From: a virus
Lineage: Duplodnaviria; Caudoviricetes
DNA length: 26,921 nt
Direction: 5' to 3' (one strand)
Virus record (IMG/VR): IMGVR_UViG_3300025848_000161
Span: 1-26,921 of that record
Made by a program: the position numbers and the translations under genes. The notes under the pieces are model-generated. The model ran no database searches and was not told the origin of the DNA. It saw nothing but the letters and a program-made list of their open reading frames with translations. This document shows, piece by piece, positions 14,623 to 24,695 of the stretch. Positions within the stretch are counted from its first letter, which is position 1. Each line of letters starts with the position of its first letter.

Positions 14623-16380
14623 ATGCGAACAATCGAAGAAATAGTTGCGTTGTACAACCATCGCCGTAGGGTGATGGGGCCGGTGCATCAGCAGATGCAG
14701 GCTGTACGTGAACTCGCCAACGGTGACATCATTGTCCCGTTGAACGAGTTGGATCGCAACGCCCGTTCTTCGGTCGCCAACCTGCTCGTTCAAGGGTTGG
14801 ATCAGATGTCGATGCGTGTCGCATCCACGATGCCGTCCCCGTATTTCCCGGCGTTCCGTGAAGGTTCGGAACGATCAAAAGATTTGGCTAACACCCGCAA
14901 GAAGGCGATGTTGGCGATGTGGGATGAGAACCGGATGAAAATGGTGTTGCGTCGTCGCGCCCGCCATCTGCTCGCCTATTCGTCGTCGGCTGTCGTGTTG
15001 AAACCCGATTTCAAGACGCTTGTTCCCCGTTGGCACGTCCGCAACCCGCTGGACACCTATCCGTGTCCTTCGGAAGACCTCGATAACCCGGTTCCGTACG
15101 ACTGTATTTTCACGTATCGGAAACCGTATTCGTGGCTGATGCAGAACTATGGCCCGCTTGTGGCCGGCCGTCTGCGTATGGGTCGCGTGGAACCGGACAC
15201 CATGTTCACGTTGATCGAGTATGTGGACGAATACGAGATCGTGATGGGTGTGTTGGGTGCAGACGAAAACCCCAATTTCACCCCGCATGAAAACGCCGGT
15301 TTGGACTCAATCGAGTTGGAACGCATCGTCAACCGTGCCGGTGTCCCGCTCGCTATCGTCGCCAACCGTACAACTCTCGATAAGCCGCACGGCCAGTTCG
15401 ACGGCCTGTTGGGAATGTATTACACGCGTGCAAGATTGCAAGCGTTGACTGAAATCGCTATTGAGCGAGGCATTTTCCCTGACGAATATCTGGTGGCTCG
15501 CCCCGGTGAAAACCCTGAGATCGTCCAGCTTGCTGACGGTAAGGCCGGCATTTTGGGTGTGTTGAAGGGCGGCGACCTTCAGATTCAGCAAGTCAATCCG
15601 GGCTATAAGACTGAGCAAGCGTTGGATCGTTTGGAACGTCAGGAACGTTTGGAGGGTGCTATTCCCGCCGAGTTCGGCGGCGAATCAGGCACGAACATTC
15701 GTACCGGCCGTCGCGGTGAAAACGTGCTGTCCGCGACAATCGACTTCCGTGTGCAGGAAGCACAAGAAGCGTTTGCACAGTCGTTGTTGGCTGAAGACAA
15801 GGTTGCTATCGCTATCGAGAAAGCGTATTGGGGTAACACTCCGAAGTCGTTTTTTATGCCGGGTCGAGCGACGTCCGGCAAGGTGGATTACACCCCGAAC
15901 AAGGTGTGGGAAACCGACTTCCATTACGTGTCGTATTCGGCCGCTGGTTCGGACGTGAACAATCTGATTATCGGTTTGGGTCAGCGTGTCGGTACTGGTT
16001 TGATGTCGAAGGAGTCGGCACGTGAGGCTGATCCTCTGATCGCTGATCCTGATATGGAACATGATCGGATTATCGCGGAGGGTGTGGAAGCCGCTTTGTT
16101 GTCTTCGATTCAGCAGCAGGCCGCGAATCCTGCTGGCCCGTATCAGCCTGCTGATCTTGCGTTGCTTGTCCGAAAGGTTCTTGTGGATTCCAAGAGTTTG
16201 TATGACGCGGTGTCTGAGGTTGATCGGGCTGCGAAGGAACGTCAGGCGCAGGAAACTGCTGCGATGTCTCCTGAAGCGCAGCCCGGTTTGGCGATGCCGG
16301 GTATGGGTGCGGAACAGCCTGTTGCGTCTGCGCCTCCGGCTGGTATTGAAGGGTTGCTCGCTCAACTTGGTGGTGGCTGA
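14623..16380 (+). CDS. portal (head-tail connector) protein
   Basis: About 585 aa, follows terminase, Q/A/P/G-rich C-terminus typical of podovirus-type portals. Confidence 0.8.
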   Translation: MRTIEEIVALYNHRRRVMGPVHQQMQAVRELANGDIIVPLNELDRNARSSVANLLVQGLDQMSMRVASTMPSPYFPAFREGSERSKDLANTRKKAMLAMWDENRMKMVLRRRARHLLAYSSSAVVLKPDFKTLVPRWHVRNPLDTYPCPSEDLDNPVPYDCIFTYRKPYSWLMQNYGPLVAGRLRMGRVEPDTMFTLIEYVDEYEIVMGVLGADENPNFTPHENAGLDSIELERIVNRAGVPLAIVANRTTLDKPHGQFDGLLGMYYTRARLQALTEIAIERGIFPDEYLVARPGENPEIVQLADGKAGILGVLKGGDLQIQQVNPGYKTEQALDRLERQERLEGAIPAEFGGESGTNIRTGRRGENVLSATIDFRVQEAQEAFAQSLLAEDKVAIAIEKAYWGNTPKSFFMPGRATSGKVDYTPNKVWETDFHYVSYSAAGSDVNNLIIGLGQRVGTGLMSKESAREADPLIADPDMEHDRIIAEGVEAALLSSIQQQAANPAGPYQPADLALLVRKVLVDSKSLYDAVSEVDRAAKERQAQETAAMSPEAQPGLAMPGMGAEQPVASAPPAGIEGLLAQLGGG

Positions 16381-16769
16381 TGGCCGATTATCCGAATCGT
16401 TCTGATCTTCGTAATCCTGCGACTCGTAAGATGGCTTTTACGGGGCAGACGTATGGTGAGGGTGCGGCGCAGGCTCGTTCTCAACAGCAGGTGTCGCCCG
16501 GTTCGTCGCCTGCTGATGTGCAGGCGCAGCGGGCTGCTCGTCCGGTTCCGGGTGCTGGCGGCGATTTGTTGCGACCGACTGAACGTCCGAATGAGCCGGT
16601 GACCGCTGGAGCCGATTTTGGTGCTGGCCCGTCTGCTGCGGAGATGGGCATTATGCCTCGACGTGTCCCGCAGGATGATGTGTTGGAAACGTTGCGTGCG
16701 TTGTATGCGATGTTCCCGAATGATGATTTGTTGGAGATGTTGAGTCGCTACGGAAATAGTGGGTTCTGA
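16380..16769 (+). CDS. hypothetical virion-module protein (129 aa)
   Basis: TGATG overlaps at both ends; 'PTERPNEPVTAGADFGAGP' motif. Confidence 0.8.
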   Translation: MADYPNRSDLRNPATRKMAFTGQTYGEGAAQARSQQQVSPGSSPADVQAQRAARPVPGAGGDLLRPTERPNEPVTAGADFGAGPSAAEMGIMPRRVPQDDVLETLRALYAMFPNDDLLEMLSRYGNSGF

Positions 16770-19700
16770 TGCCGTTTCCTTTGAGTCCTGAAGAAGAAGA
16801 CAGTCTTGACGACGAACTGGAACAGGCCGATCAACGCTACCAAAATTTGAAAGGAACAGTCGGTTTTGATTTAGCGCAGGCTGTAACAGATTTTTACAAG
16901 GTTGCTCCCGCCAGTTCTCCGGGTGCTGTGATTGCGGCAGCTCGCGCATATACATCTGGTGTGATGGATGAGAAGCAATCAAAAGATTTTTTGATGCAGG
17001 TTGTTTCTAAAGAAGTTTTCCGTGGGATTCGTGAAGTCAAACCACCAAAGAAGAAAAGTTGGTGGGAACGCAACGTTGTTGATAAAGCAAAAACTGGTGT
17101 TCGTTGGGCTGGTGCTGGTGTCACTTGGACTGGAGACGTAGCAACAAACCTTGCTACGCCGGTAATTGGTGCGATCTACAATATTTCCGGTCAAGTCAAA
17201 GAAGGCGGTCAAACTGGAACAATTCCCGGTACAACGATTACCCCGCCAACTCCAACAAGCAATCAATACCAGTATTCACTTGAAACTGTTTTTGGTGGTG
17301 AATCTGCTTATACGCCCGGATCATTCAACTTAGGTGATGCCCTTTGGGATGCGACTCTGTTGGGTGAAATGGTGCAGAACCCTGATCTGCAAGGCGAAGG
17401 ATGGTTCCCAAATGCTCGAATTTACGAAATAACAGGTGAACAACAACGCAAACTTCGAGGCACTATCGATGGTCATGCGTTGACGATTGGTAGAGGTCTA
17501 GCAACTGTAATCGCGCAACCGGGTTCGCGCGAGTACAACATTCTTTCGGGTCTTATTGATGCCGGTGTCGCTATCAAAACACCAGCACTTCCGGGCAGTA
17601 GCTTGATTAGTCATGCGGCCCTTACAACCGCAGGAACTAAAGCAGGCTTACGCACACTTGCCGGATTGACTGATGTCAATTCTGCGTACATCAATCCTAG
17701 CAAAGTCGCCAACTTTCTTGATACACGTGCCGGACGTGGAGTAATTGACCGAATTGCAAAAGTCAAAAACATTGATGAAGCGATCAGTTTGTTTCCAACT
17801 GCTGACGCAAAATTTTGGAGAGGTGTGGTTGATGTCAAAGACTCAACAACTGCACGTTTGTTCATTGAAGACACTTTAGGTTTGGGTGACATTACGCGTG
17901 GTATCGGCCCGAAACGAATCGATCAAGTAAACATCAGTCGATGGGATGATGTAAAACGAAACATCCCGTATTTCGGTTCTCAAAAAGAATCTAAAGTGGC
18001 ACGTTTGTTGGCTGCCGTTCCGGGTCGTCATGTTGTGATCGAGGGTGGCTCTGATCGTGCTGTTGCGTCATCAATCAAGAATGTCAATAACTATTTGATT
18101 CAGGCTCGTTTGCCGAAAGCGCAACGTATTGATCTTGTCAACAAGTTGACGGATGCTTTTGTTTTAGGTGATGGTTCAATCCGTAATGTTGTCATTGAGA
18201 TTGAGCAGGCGAGTCGCGCCGCTATGCGAAAGTTGGGAGTCAGCGACGAGCTGAACGACATTTTGCATAATGGTCTTTCAGATATGCGAGAGGTGTATCA
18301 GAAAGATTTGTACGGCTTCTTGGATAATGCAGGTGCGGCCGGCGATTTGGGTGGAACATTCACATGGATTGATGATGCAGGAAATATTGTGACTTCTGGT
18401 CATCCGTTGATGACAGCACATTTGATGTCCGAAACAATGAAACATTCGGTCATGCTTCCTGATCCTCGACGCGTCCGTCGAATCGCCGCAAAATGGTCAC
18501 CAATTCAAAAAATTACGACAAAACAAGGTTTCATCAATCCCGGCAAATTTTTGACAACTGGTAAAGGCTTGCGTGACGCAACAAAACTTGGAAATTTGAG
18601 AACACCTCTTGTTGTTCTTGATTGGATTCAAGGCTATTTGTGGAAACCCGTAACATTGATGACTGGCGGTTACGTCTACCGCAATATGTCTGACTCGTTG
18701 TTCCGTCAATCATTTGCTCCCGGAATCCAGACCGGAGTATTCCATCCTCTCGAATTGATCCAAGTTGCGTTCCACAAAAAGTTCAAGGGCGACATTTGGG
18801 GTACAACATTCAAGGGCGATCCAGAAGATTTGATTCGTCTAGGACAACAGGAAATGGCCGAAGCTGTTTCTGCTTCAGTCCGCGAAAACATTGGTGACGT
18901 GAACCGTCATGCACGGGAAAGACTTACTGGTGCATGGCGACGCGTCCGTCGAGGCGACGGCATCCAAGACTATTCAAAAGCGATTGCCGCCGAAATGGCG
19001 TTGCTGCACACAGATGATGTTGCTCGACGACTTGCTTCTGGTCAAACCGTTGATGAAATCATTGATTGGATGAAATCCACTCCTGAGGGCCGCAGACACG
19101 TTGACCGTCTTCAGAATATGTGGAAGAACAAGATTATTCCTGATTCATCCGGTCAAAAAACCATTGGAACCGTTGTTTTCAAAGATGCTCAGGGCGCATT
19201 GAATGAAACAAATCTTCGCGGTTATATCGAGACTGTTCAACGACGCATTGATCTAAGCACCGGCAAAAATGATTTGTTGCGTGAAATTGTTGCATCAGGG
19301 AAATACACGGATGCAACCGGGAAAATTGTTGGTGGTCTTCAGTTTTCACGCACCGGCCAAATCATTGGTTACGAAGATAATTTCCTAAAAGAAATCAACA
19401 ATGTCGTAAATAACCCGAATGTTGTGCTGAGAGAAACCTATAAAGCACAAGACACCATTGATGTGCTTCGATCAAGTAGTCGTGGAATCCCCGTCATCAA
19501 AATGTACGATCGACTTGTTGACAAATTCTTCGCTGAACTTTACCCGAAGCGCGAAAGTTTCTTGAATCGTTCACCAGTATTCAGACAAGAATATTACAAG
19601 GTGATTGACAATCTTGCCGATGAACTTGCGCCCGGCGAAGCAGCAATTATCAAAGCAAACATTCAAGCCGCAGCTAAAGAGGCCGGAGAAACATTCAATA

Positions 19701-21475
19701 AGAAGTTCTTTTTCCGATATGTCGGCAACGATGAAGCAGCCAAGAAACTGTGGGACAAAGCAGAAGGAACGTTGGCTTCAAACGGGAAACTCACGTTCGA
19801 AGAAATTGATGCTTATGCCAAAGGCGCAGCCCTAGACACCACTAAAGAACTTTTCTATAACGCTGCTGAACGATCCAACTTTGGTGACATTTTGCAGATC
19901 ATCACTCCGTTCGGTTCTGCATGGGCTGAAGTGATGAAAAACTGGGGCAAAACGTTGACTACCAACCCAGAAGCGTTCAAACGTGGATATGTTGCGATTG
20001 AAGGGTTGCGTCAAGCAGACCTCAATAACGATGGTCGAGGTTTCTTTTACACCGACCCTGTAACCGGCGAATACGTTTTCAACTATCCTTTTGGATCACA
20101 GACAGTTCCGCTCATGGCGGCTTTTGGTACTGCTGGGATTGGGGCGATTGGTTTTGGTTTGCCCGGTTTGATTGGTGGTGCTGGTCTTGGTTACGGTGCA
20201 GGAACAGGTTTGCAGAAAGCTTTAGACATTCCTCAAGTTGACATGGTTGCTCCTGCAAAGACTTTGAACATGGGATTCAACATTCTTCCGGGTGTTGGCC
20301 CATATGTTCAGGCCGCGGCAGGTTTCTTTTTGAAAGATAAACCTCAATTTGATTGGGCTTCAAAAATTCTTACTCCATACGGATCACCTCAAATCGGAAT
20401 TCTTCCGAACCCTGCATGGTGGCAAAAATTATGGTCAGCGTTTCAAGACCCAGAAAACGATCGTTTGTACGGCGACATGACAATGCAAGTCATGGAAGTT
20501 CTTGCCGCATCCGGTGACTACGATCTTTCAACTGAAGCAGATATGCAAAAACTGCAAAACGATTCGGTTGAAAAAGCACGCGCACTTCTTTTCCTTCGCG
20601 TTTTGGGACAGTTTGTTGGGCCGACTCGACCCGTTCCGCGTCTTGTTGTTCCGTTAGGTGAAGAAGCAAAGAAACAGACGATTACGGTCGGCAACGAAAA
20701 AATTGATTTGTCAAAGACAGACATTCATGCTGTTGAAATGTCAAAGTATTTCCGTCAGTTACAAGACGAAAACTATGACACCGCAGTTGAGATATTTACC
20801 GACACGTTCAAAGATGACTTCATGTTGTATCTGGCAGGCAAAACAAAATCGACTGTTTCAGGTCTTGATGCCTCAACAGAATTCGGTAAATGGGAACGTA
20901 ACAACCAATCGTTTTTCAAAACATACGACGAAGTTGCCGGTTTCTTTTCTCCTGTCGGGTCAAAGTTTGATTATCAGGTTTACCTCCGTCAAATCGAAAA
21001 CGATGTTCGTAAACCTTTGAGTCCACAAGAAATGATTGAGGAATCTCAACGGTTGATGGGAACCTCAATTTATCGTCGTATGATCCGTGCGGCCGGCCCG
21101 AAACCCAACGATGAGCAAAGAGCAATTTTGCGTCGTGAACGAGAAAAACTTTACGATCAATACCCCGGTTTTGCTAAGGCTCCTATTGACGTACGGGCTT
21201 TTGATGCCAAAATGAACGTGTTGTATGAGGCCGCGTTTGATGCTCGTATGGACGATAATCAGGTTGCGATAGCGACCCGCGAGTATTTGACTGCTCGCGA
21301 TGCTGCTTTAGAAGTTGCGGATCAACGCGGCAAAACTTTGGCTGCTGGCGCAAACGCAGATTTGCGTGACATTCTCCGTGCAGAAGGTGAGCGTCTGGCA
21401 ACGGTGTATCCTGATTTCGGTCGAATTTGGGAACGTTTGTTGTTGCAAGAAGTTGATGTGAAGGACGAGGACTGA
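16769..21475 (+). CDS. very large (1568 aa) putative internal virion / DNA ejection protein
   Basis: Size, position in the structural operon, Gly-rich hydrophobic segment 'AAFGTAGIGAIGFGLPGLIGGAGLGYGAG'; function inferred. Confidence 0.6.
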   Translation: MPFPLSPEEEDSLDDELEQADQRYQNLKGTVGFDLAQAVTDFYKVAPASSPGAVIAAARAYTSGVMDEKQSKDFLMQVVSKEVFRGIREVKPPKKKSWWERNVVDKAKTGVRWAGAGVTWTGDVATNLATPVIGAIYNISGQVKEGGQTGTIPGTTITPPTPTSNQYQYSLETVFGGESAYTPGSFNLGDALWDATLLGEMVQNPDLQGEGWFPNARIYEITGEQQRKLRGTIDGHALTIGRGLATVIAQPGSREYNILSGLIDAGVAIKTPALPGSSLISHAALTTAGTKAGLRTLAGLTDVNSAYINPSKVANFLDTRAGRGVIDRIAKVKNIDEAISLFPTADAKFWRGVVDVKDSTTARLFIEDTLGLGDITRGIGPKRIDQVNISRWDDVKRNIPYFGSQKESKVARLLAAVPGRHVVIEGGSDRAVASSIKNVNNYLIQARLPKAQRIDLVNKLTDAFVLGDGSIRNVVIEIEQASRAAMRKLGVSDELNDILHNGLSDMREVYQKDLYGFLDNAGAAGDLGGTFTWIDDAGNIVTSGHPLMTAHLMSETMKHSVMLPDPRRVRRIAAKWSPIQKITTKQGFINPGKFLTTGKGLRDATKLGNLRTPLVVLDWIQGYLWKPVTLMTGGYVYRNMSDSLFRQSFAPGIQTGVFHPLELIQVAFHKKFKGDIWGTTFKGDPEDLIRLGQQEMAEAVSASVRENIGDVNRHARERLTGAWRRVRRGDGIQDYSKAIAAEMALLHTDDVARRLASGQTVDEIIDWMKSTPEGRRHVDRLQNMWKNKIIPDSSGQKTIGTVVFKDAQGALNETNLRGYIETVQRRIDLSTGKNDLLREIVASGKYTDATGKIVGGLQFSRTGQIIGYEDNFLKEINNVVNNPNVVLRETYKAQDTIDVLRSSSRGIPVIKMYDRLVDKFFAELYPKRESFLNRSPVFRQEYYKVIDNLADELAPGEAAIIKANIQAAAKEAGETFNKKFFFRYVGNDEAAKKLWDKAEGTLASNGKLTFEEIDAYAKGAALDTTKELFYNAAERSNFGDILQIITPFGSAWAEVMKNWGKTLTTNPEAFKRGYVAIEGLRQADLNNDGRGFFYTDPVTGEYVFNYPFGSQTVPLMAAFGTAGIGAIGFGLPGLIGGAGLGYGAGTGLQKALDIPQVDMVAPAKTLNMGFNILPGVGPYVQAAAGFFLKDKPQFDWASKILTPYGSPQIGILPNPAWWQKLWSAFQDPENDRLYGDMTMQVMEVLAASGDYDLSTEADMQKLQNDSVEKARALLFLRVLGQFVGPTRPVPRLVVPLGEEAKKQTITVGNEKIDLSKTDIHAVEMSKYFRQLQDENYDTAVEIFTDTFKDDFMLYLAGKTKSTVSGLDASTEFGKWERNNQSFFKTYDEVAGFFSPVGSKFDYQVYLRQIENDVRKPLSPQEMIEESQRLMGTSIYRRMIRAAGPKPNDEQRAILRREREKLYDQYPGFAKAPIDVRAFDAKMNVLYEAAFDARMDDNQVAIATREYLTARDAALEVADQRGKTLAAGANADLRDILRAEGERLATVYPDFGRIWERLLLQEVDVKDED

Positions 21476-21477
21476 TT

Positions 21478-22215
21478 ATGGCTCCGAGAAAACCGCGTGA
21501 AGGTGGTTCTGACGCTAACAATAGTGCTGATACCGCGATCGAGGATATTCAGAACGCTGGTGCATCTGGCCCCGGCAACTATGTGCCTCCGATCCGTTAC
21601 ATCATTGAGAACGGCAAGTTTGTTCCGTATGACGGCCCCGGTCTTGTCGGTTCAAACGGTAAAGTTGTTCAGTCCGGCCCGTATGATATTGATACTCAGC
21701 CCGGGTTTATCTATTCGTCGTTGAGTCCTCGAAATCAGCAGGCTTTGATGCAACAACTTGCGGCAGCCGGGTTTATTTCTAAGGGTGCGATCGGTGATTT
21801 CAGTTCTGAGATTTATGCGATCAAACAATGGTTGGTTGCATCGAATATGGCCGGCTTGGAGAAGCAAAACTATTTGAAGCAACGTTTGACCGGTCGCACA
21901 CCGGTTTCGAGCGGTTCCGGTCGGACTTATCAGGTGACGAATCCTGAGGATTTGAAGGTTGTTGCAAAGCAGGTTGCTCAACAGACGTTGGGGCGTGATT
22001 TCACCGATGACGAGGCGAACCGGTTTGTGGAGGCTTTTCAGGCTCAACAGGTTGCTGAACAACGTAAGGCTTCGGGTGGTGGAACGATGACGCAGGCTCC
22101 GTCTCCTGATGTGGCTGCCCAAAAGTTTGCTGAGGAGCAGGCTCCTACTGAGGCTTCGGCGTATAAGACGTTGGGCTATATCAACAAGTTCTTCAATGCG
22201 ATTGGTGGTGTGTGA
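21478..22215 (+). CDS. putative internal virion protein (245 aa)
   Basis: Operon tiling, GAGGA RBS, helical Gln/Ala-rich sequence. Confidence 0.65.
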   Translation: MAPRKPREGGSDANNSADTAIEDIQNAGASGPGNYVPPIRYIIENGKFVPYDGPGLVGSNGKVVQSGPYDIDTQPGFIYSSLSPRNQQALMQQLAAAGFISKGAIGDFSSEIYAIKQWLVASNMAGLEKQNYLKQRLTGRTPVSSGSGRTYQVTNPEDLKVVAKQVAQQTLGRDFTDDEANRFVEAFQAQQVAEQRKASGGGTMTQAPSPDVAAQKFAEEQAPTEASAYKTLGYINKFFNAIGGV

Positions 22216-23246
22216 TGGCATCTAAAAAGCCAACGAAACCTGCTGAAACAAAACCGCCGACTCCGATTGATATTGGTGGTTATGCGCCCGGTGCGGTCGG
22301 CAAATTTGATCCGTATGTGCCGAAGAAAAAGCCGAGCGATAAATCTAAACCCGCTCCAGTCGCTCCGACCACGGTTACGCCCGTTGATTGGAAGCAGGCA
22401 GCCAAAGAACAGTACGGCGGTTATTTCGCCATCATTGAATCTGTCCCCGAAATCTCTGATCTGATTCAGAAAGCGGTTGCAGGCGAATGGTCGGACGCAA
22501 AGTTTGAGTACGAACTTCGTCAAACCAACTGGTTCAAGAACAACAGTTCGTCGGCCCGTTCATGGGACAGTCTCAAACAAACTGATCCTGCGACCGCTCA
22601 ACAGCAGATCGACAAGCAGGCAAACAACGTGAGAAGCATGGCTAACACGCTTGGTTTGGCGTTTGATGATGCGACTGTTATGAAGTTGGCTGAGAACAGT
22701 TTGCGTGGCGGTTGGGACGAACAAACGTTGCAGAACGCTGTCGGTGCGGAAGGCGTGAAAACGTCTGGTGGTATGTCTCAGCTGTCGACCGGATTTATCG
22801 GTCAACAGTTGCGAGAAACCGCCTCGAATTATGGGATTTCGTTGTCCGATCAAACGTTCAACAGTTGGGTGAATAATATTGCTGTCGGTAAAGACAACAT
22901 TCAGTCGTTCAACAACTATGCGTTGAACACGGCTAAAGCGTTGTATCCGGGGATTAGCGCACAGTTAGATGCCGGTCAAACGTTTACACAGATCACCGAC
23001 CCATACCGTCAAGCGGCCGCCCGTATTCTGGAAATCAACCCGGAATCAATCAATTTCACCGATCCAAAATGGGCGCAAGCCGTTACGTTCACGACCGATA
23101 AAGGTGAGGCTCGACCAATGAATTACAACGAATGGGGAAAGTATCTGCGTAACGAACGGTCGTTCGGATACGAATACACCAGCGAAGCCAAACAACGGGC
23201 GTTCGAAGTAACAAACCAGTTGGCCAATTTGTTTGGGAAGGCATGA
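22215..23246 (+). CDS. putative internal virion protein (343 aa)
   Basis: TGATG overlap; Pro/Lys-rich N-terminus then helical domain. Confidence 0.65.
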   Translation: MASKKPTKPAETKPPTPIDIGGYAPGAVGKFDPYVPKKKPSDKSKPAPVAPTTVTPVDWKQAAKEQYGGYFAIIESVPEISDLIQKAVAGEWSDAKFEYELRQTNWFKNNSSSARSWDSLKQTDPATAQQQIDKQANNVRSMANTLGLAFDDATVMKLAENSLRGGWDEQTLQNAVGAEGVKTSGGMSQLSTGFIGQQLRETASNYGISLSDQTFNSWVNNIAVGKDNIQSFNNYALNTAKALYPGISAQLDAGQTFTQITDPYRQAAARILEINPESINFTDPKWAQAVTFTTDKGEARPMNYNEWGKYLRNERSFGYEYTSEAKQRAFEVTNQLANLFGKA

Positions 23247-23247
23247 C

Positions 23248-24084
23248 ATGAGCGACATGGGTTCAACAGCACAGTCGGCGTATGACATCATCGCCCAAAC
23301 TTTGACATCGTATGGTTTGGAACAGTTGAGTTCGTTTGTCAACCAGATGGTCTTTCAAGAAGACATTGTTGATACGAACATTCTTGTCGGCCGTATCCGA
23401 CAGACAAACGAATACCGTCAACGGTTCGCCGGTAACGAACAACGTCGTCAAGCCGGCCTCAACGTCCTGTCTGAAAACGAGTACATCCAGTTGGAGAACG
23501 TGTACCGTCAGACTTTGCGTTCCGCTGGTATGCCCCGCGAGTTCTATTCCAGCCCCGACACGTTCTCCCGTCTGATCGGTGGCGACGTGTCTCCCGGCGA
23601 GTTCGCTCAACGCATCAATCAGGGTTATGAATCTGTCAAGAACGCTGATCCACAGGTGATCGAAGAAATGCGTCGTTTGTACGGAGTGAATGATGGTCAG
23701 TTGGCCGCCTATTTCCTTGATCCTGAGAAGGCGACACCGTTGTTGTTGAAGCAGGCTCGCGCCGCTGAGATCGCTGCACAAGGAACGTTGCAAGCCGGAT
23801 TTGGTTTGACGGCTACGCAGGCTGAACAGTTGGCTCAGGCCGGCGTTACCGGCGAACAGGCTCGACAGTCGTTCCAGACGCTTGCCACAGCGACCGAATT
23901 GTTCCAACCGTTAGCCGGTCAGCAGGATGAAACGATCAGTCAGGCTGAACAGGTTGGTGCGGTATTTGGTACATCGGCGGCCGCTCAACAAAGGCTTCGT
24001 AAGCGTCAAGCTGAACGCCAAGCCGCGTTCGCTGGTGGCGGTGGATTCGCCGTCGCACAAGACGGGCAGTCGTCAATCGTCTGA
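23248..24084 (+). CDS. putative internal virion protein (278 aa)
   Basis: 'YRQRFAGNEQRRQAGLNVLSENEYIQLE' and a C-terminal 'RLRKRQAERQAAFAGGGG'; function inferred from context. Confidence 0.65.
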   Translation: MSDMGSTAQSAYDIIAQTLTSYGLEQLSSFVNQMVFQEDIVDTNILVGRIRQTNEYRQRFAGNEQRRQAGLNVLSENEYIQLENVYRQTLRSAGMPREFYSSPDTFSRLIGGDVSPGEFAQRINQGYESVKNADPQVIEEMRRLYGVNDGQLAAYFLDPEKATPLLLKQARAAEIAAQGTLQAGFGLTATQAEQLAQAGVTGEQARQSFQTLATATELFQPLAGQQDETISQAEQVGAVFGTSAAAQQRLRKRQAERQAAFAGGGGFAVAQDGQSSIV

Positions 24085-24109
24085 CAATAGTGGCATCTAC
24101 TTTTAGATG

Positions 24110-24118
24110 TGATACACT
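24110..24118 (+). promoter_or_regulatory. extended -10 promoter candidate for scaffold and capsid genes
   Basis: TGATACACT (TGn + TACACT) in the gap upstream of the scaffold gene; a similar TGTTACTCT lies at 14138-14146. Confidence 0.45.
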
Positions 24119-24215
24119 CATCCTGATGCCAATACCGGCAGGAACCACCGCAAGGTGAGACATAGCAGCACCTTCCCCTGCCTCCGGGGGTTGGTTGGGC
24201 GAAGGAGTGTACATA

Positions 24216-24647
24216 ATGGACAGCGAACTCGAACTCGAAGTTGAAGAACAGGAGTCCGGCCGCAATCCTCTCCGCGAGAGGATGAAGCAGTTGGAAGCCG
24301 AGAACGCAGCCCTGAAAGCAAGAGCAGACGAAGCCGCATCTGCCGCACGCGAACTGGCGTTTGTGAAGGCCGGAGTTGATCCGAACCTTCCGGTCGCCAA
24401 GTATTTCGTGAAGGCATACGACGGTGAACTCACAGCCGATGCGATCCGGGCAGCCGCTATCGAGGCCGCAATCATCCACGACACAAAGGCAGCCGAGAAG
24501 GATGCTTGGGACAGAACCGCAAAGGTTGCGTCCGGCAACAACTCTGAGCCTCCCGTGGATTTGATGACCCGGATCGGCAAGGCGACCAGCCAAGCCGAGA
24601 TCGAAATGCTGCTGTCTGAAGCACGTCAAGCCCAACAGCCCTACTGA
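24216..24647 (+). CDS. capsid scaffolding protein
   Basis: ATG 24216 with AAGGAG RBS; acidic N-terminus, coiled coil, immediately upstream of the capsid gene. Confidence 0.75.
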   Translation: MDSELELEVEEQESGRNPLRERMKQLEAENAALKARADEAASAARELAFVKAGVDPNLPVAKYFVKAYDGELTADAIRAAAIEAAIIHDTKAAEKDAWDRTAKVASGNNSEPPVDLMTRIGKATSQAEIEMLLSEARQAQQPY

Positions 24648-24695
24648 CCTGCCAGTCGGGGGGCTTCCAAATCTCACTTGAAGGAGTGAACCCTC

